From Leucoraja erinacea (taxonomy: Eukaryota): a stretch of 64,000 bases of DNA. The stretch lies in the NCBI RefSeq assembly GCF_028641065.1, contig NC_073393.1, positions 1-64,000 on the forward strand, written 5' to 3'. The translations under genes and the position numbers were made by a program. Below, one piece after another: positions 63,281-64,000 of this stretch. The notes beneath the pieces were generated by a model. The model was not told where the DNA came from and did not search any database. It was given only the letters and a program-made list of their open reading frames with translations. Every line of letters starts with the position of its first letter. Position 1 is the first letter of the stretch.

Positions 63281-64000
63281 GTGAGTATGAAATCCTGAAA
63301 GGCTTTCCTACCGAGGGAAATTGTGTTCTGTTTCTTCCTCATGACAGCTGCTATTGACTTTAGGACAGTTTAAATCTGGAGCAGTATCAATCTACTCCAG
63401 GTTTCCCTGTCAGGACTGTTTGTCATATACCAAGTTATGCTATTCTTAGTGGGGGAGGGAGGAGACAAAGAAATTTGAGCTCTGTGGAAACGAACAAAGA
63501 TGCAGGTCTCCGAGGAAGAAAACAATTTGCTTTGAGATTTCCACCCTAAGATAACAATTTGATTGGTTCTTATAAAATACAAAATAGCTGTTTGCACAAT
63601 CCACAAAAATATCTACCCATTATTATTTTATCTTTTTAGAATGGGTTTAAGCCATAATTTAATATTGGCGTCATTTACGGTATTTTGAGACGTATGTAAA
63701 ATGGGCAATTACTGATCTTTGGTTAATTTTCTCTGCTCCATAAGAAGCTGACTCTCTGAGTTAGATTTACAGTGGCCACCCGGCGAGTTTTCATGCATGA
63801 GTGCAGATTATGAGCTACTTCAGTCTACTTGTATGCAATAAGTGTTGCAGTTGAGCATAATCTTGTTTAACTCGGGCTCAGGTGGGGCTGCTCAATGGTA
63901 ATTAATATCGACATTAGTTTGCTACCAACCAGGATTGGTTTCTTCTCTACCCTACCATAATCAGTCTGAAGAAACATCGCTGTTCCACGTTTTTCAGAGG

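Overview
Eukaryotic genomic DNA, most likely from a cartilaginous fish (skate/ray-like, inferred from HE1-type tRNA SINEs, abundant CR1, Rex1/Babar LINEs and Penelope-type fold-back repeats). It covers the conserved vertebrate block C19orf12 (- strand) - CCNE1 (+, 11 coding exons, 405 aa) - URI1 (+, first three coding exons). A six-exon BtpA/SgcQ-family gene (-) lies between C19orf12 and CCNE1, head-to-head with CCNE1, and has an apparent 1-bp frameshift in exon 1. Introns and intergenic DNA are packed with nested transposons, including a near full-length CR1, a near full-length Rex1, a 5'-truncated L1 with a 17-bp TSD and an Academ-like element. The most unusual signal is six CAAAGAT...ATCTTTG insertions with 8-bp target-site duplications, all at the three gene 5' regions. 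Five are only 17-38 bp fused terminal repeats (16+16, 17+17, 19+19 nt), the pattern expected of P-element-type excision footprints. Each promoter also carries a GC-skewed minisatellite, two of which multiply transcription-factor motifs, and many repeats carry minimal hammerhead-ribozyme cores. All calls were read by eye; TE boundaries are approximate unless a TSD is given.
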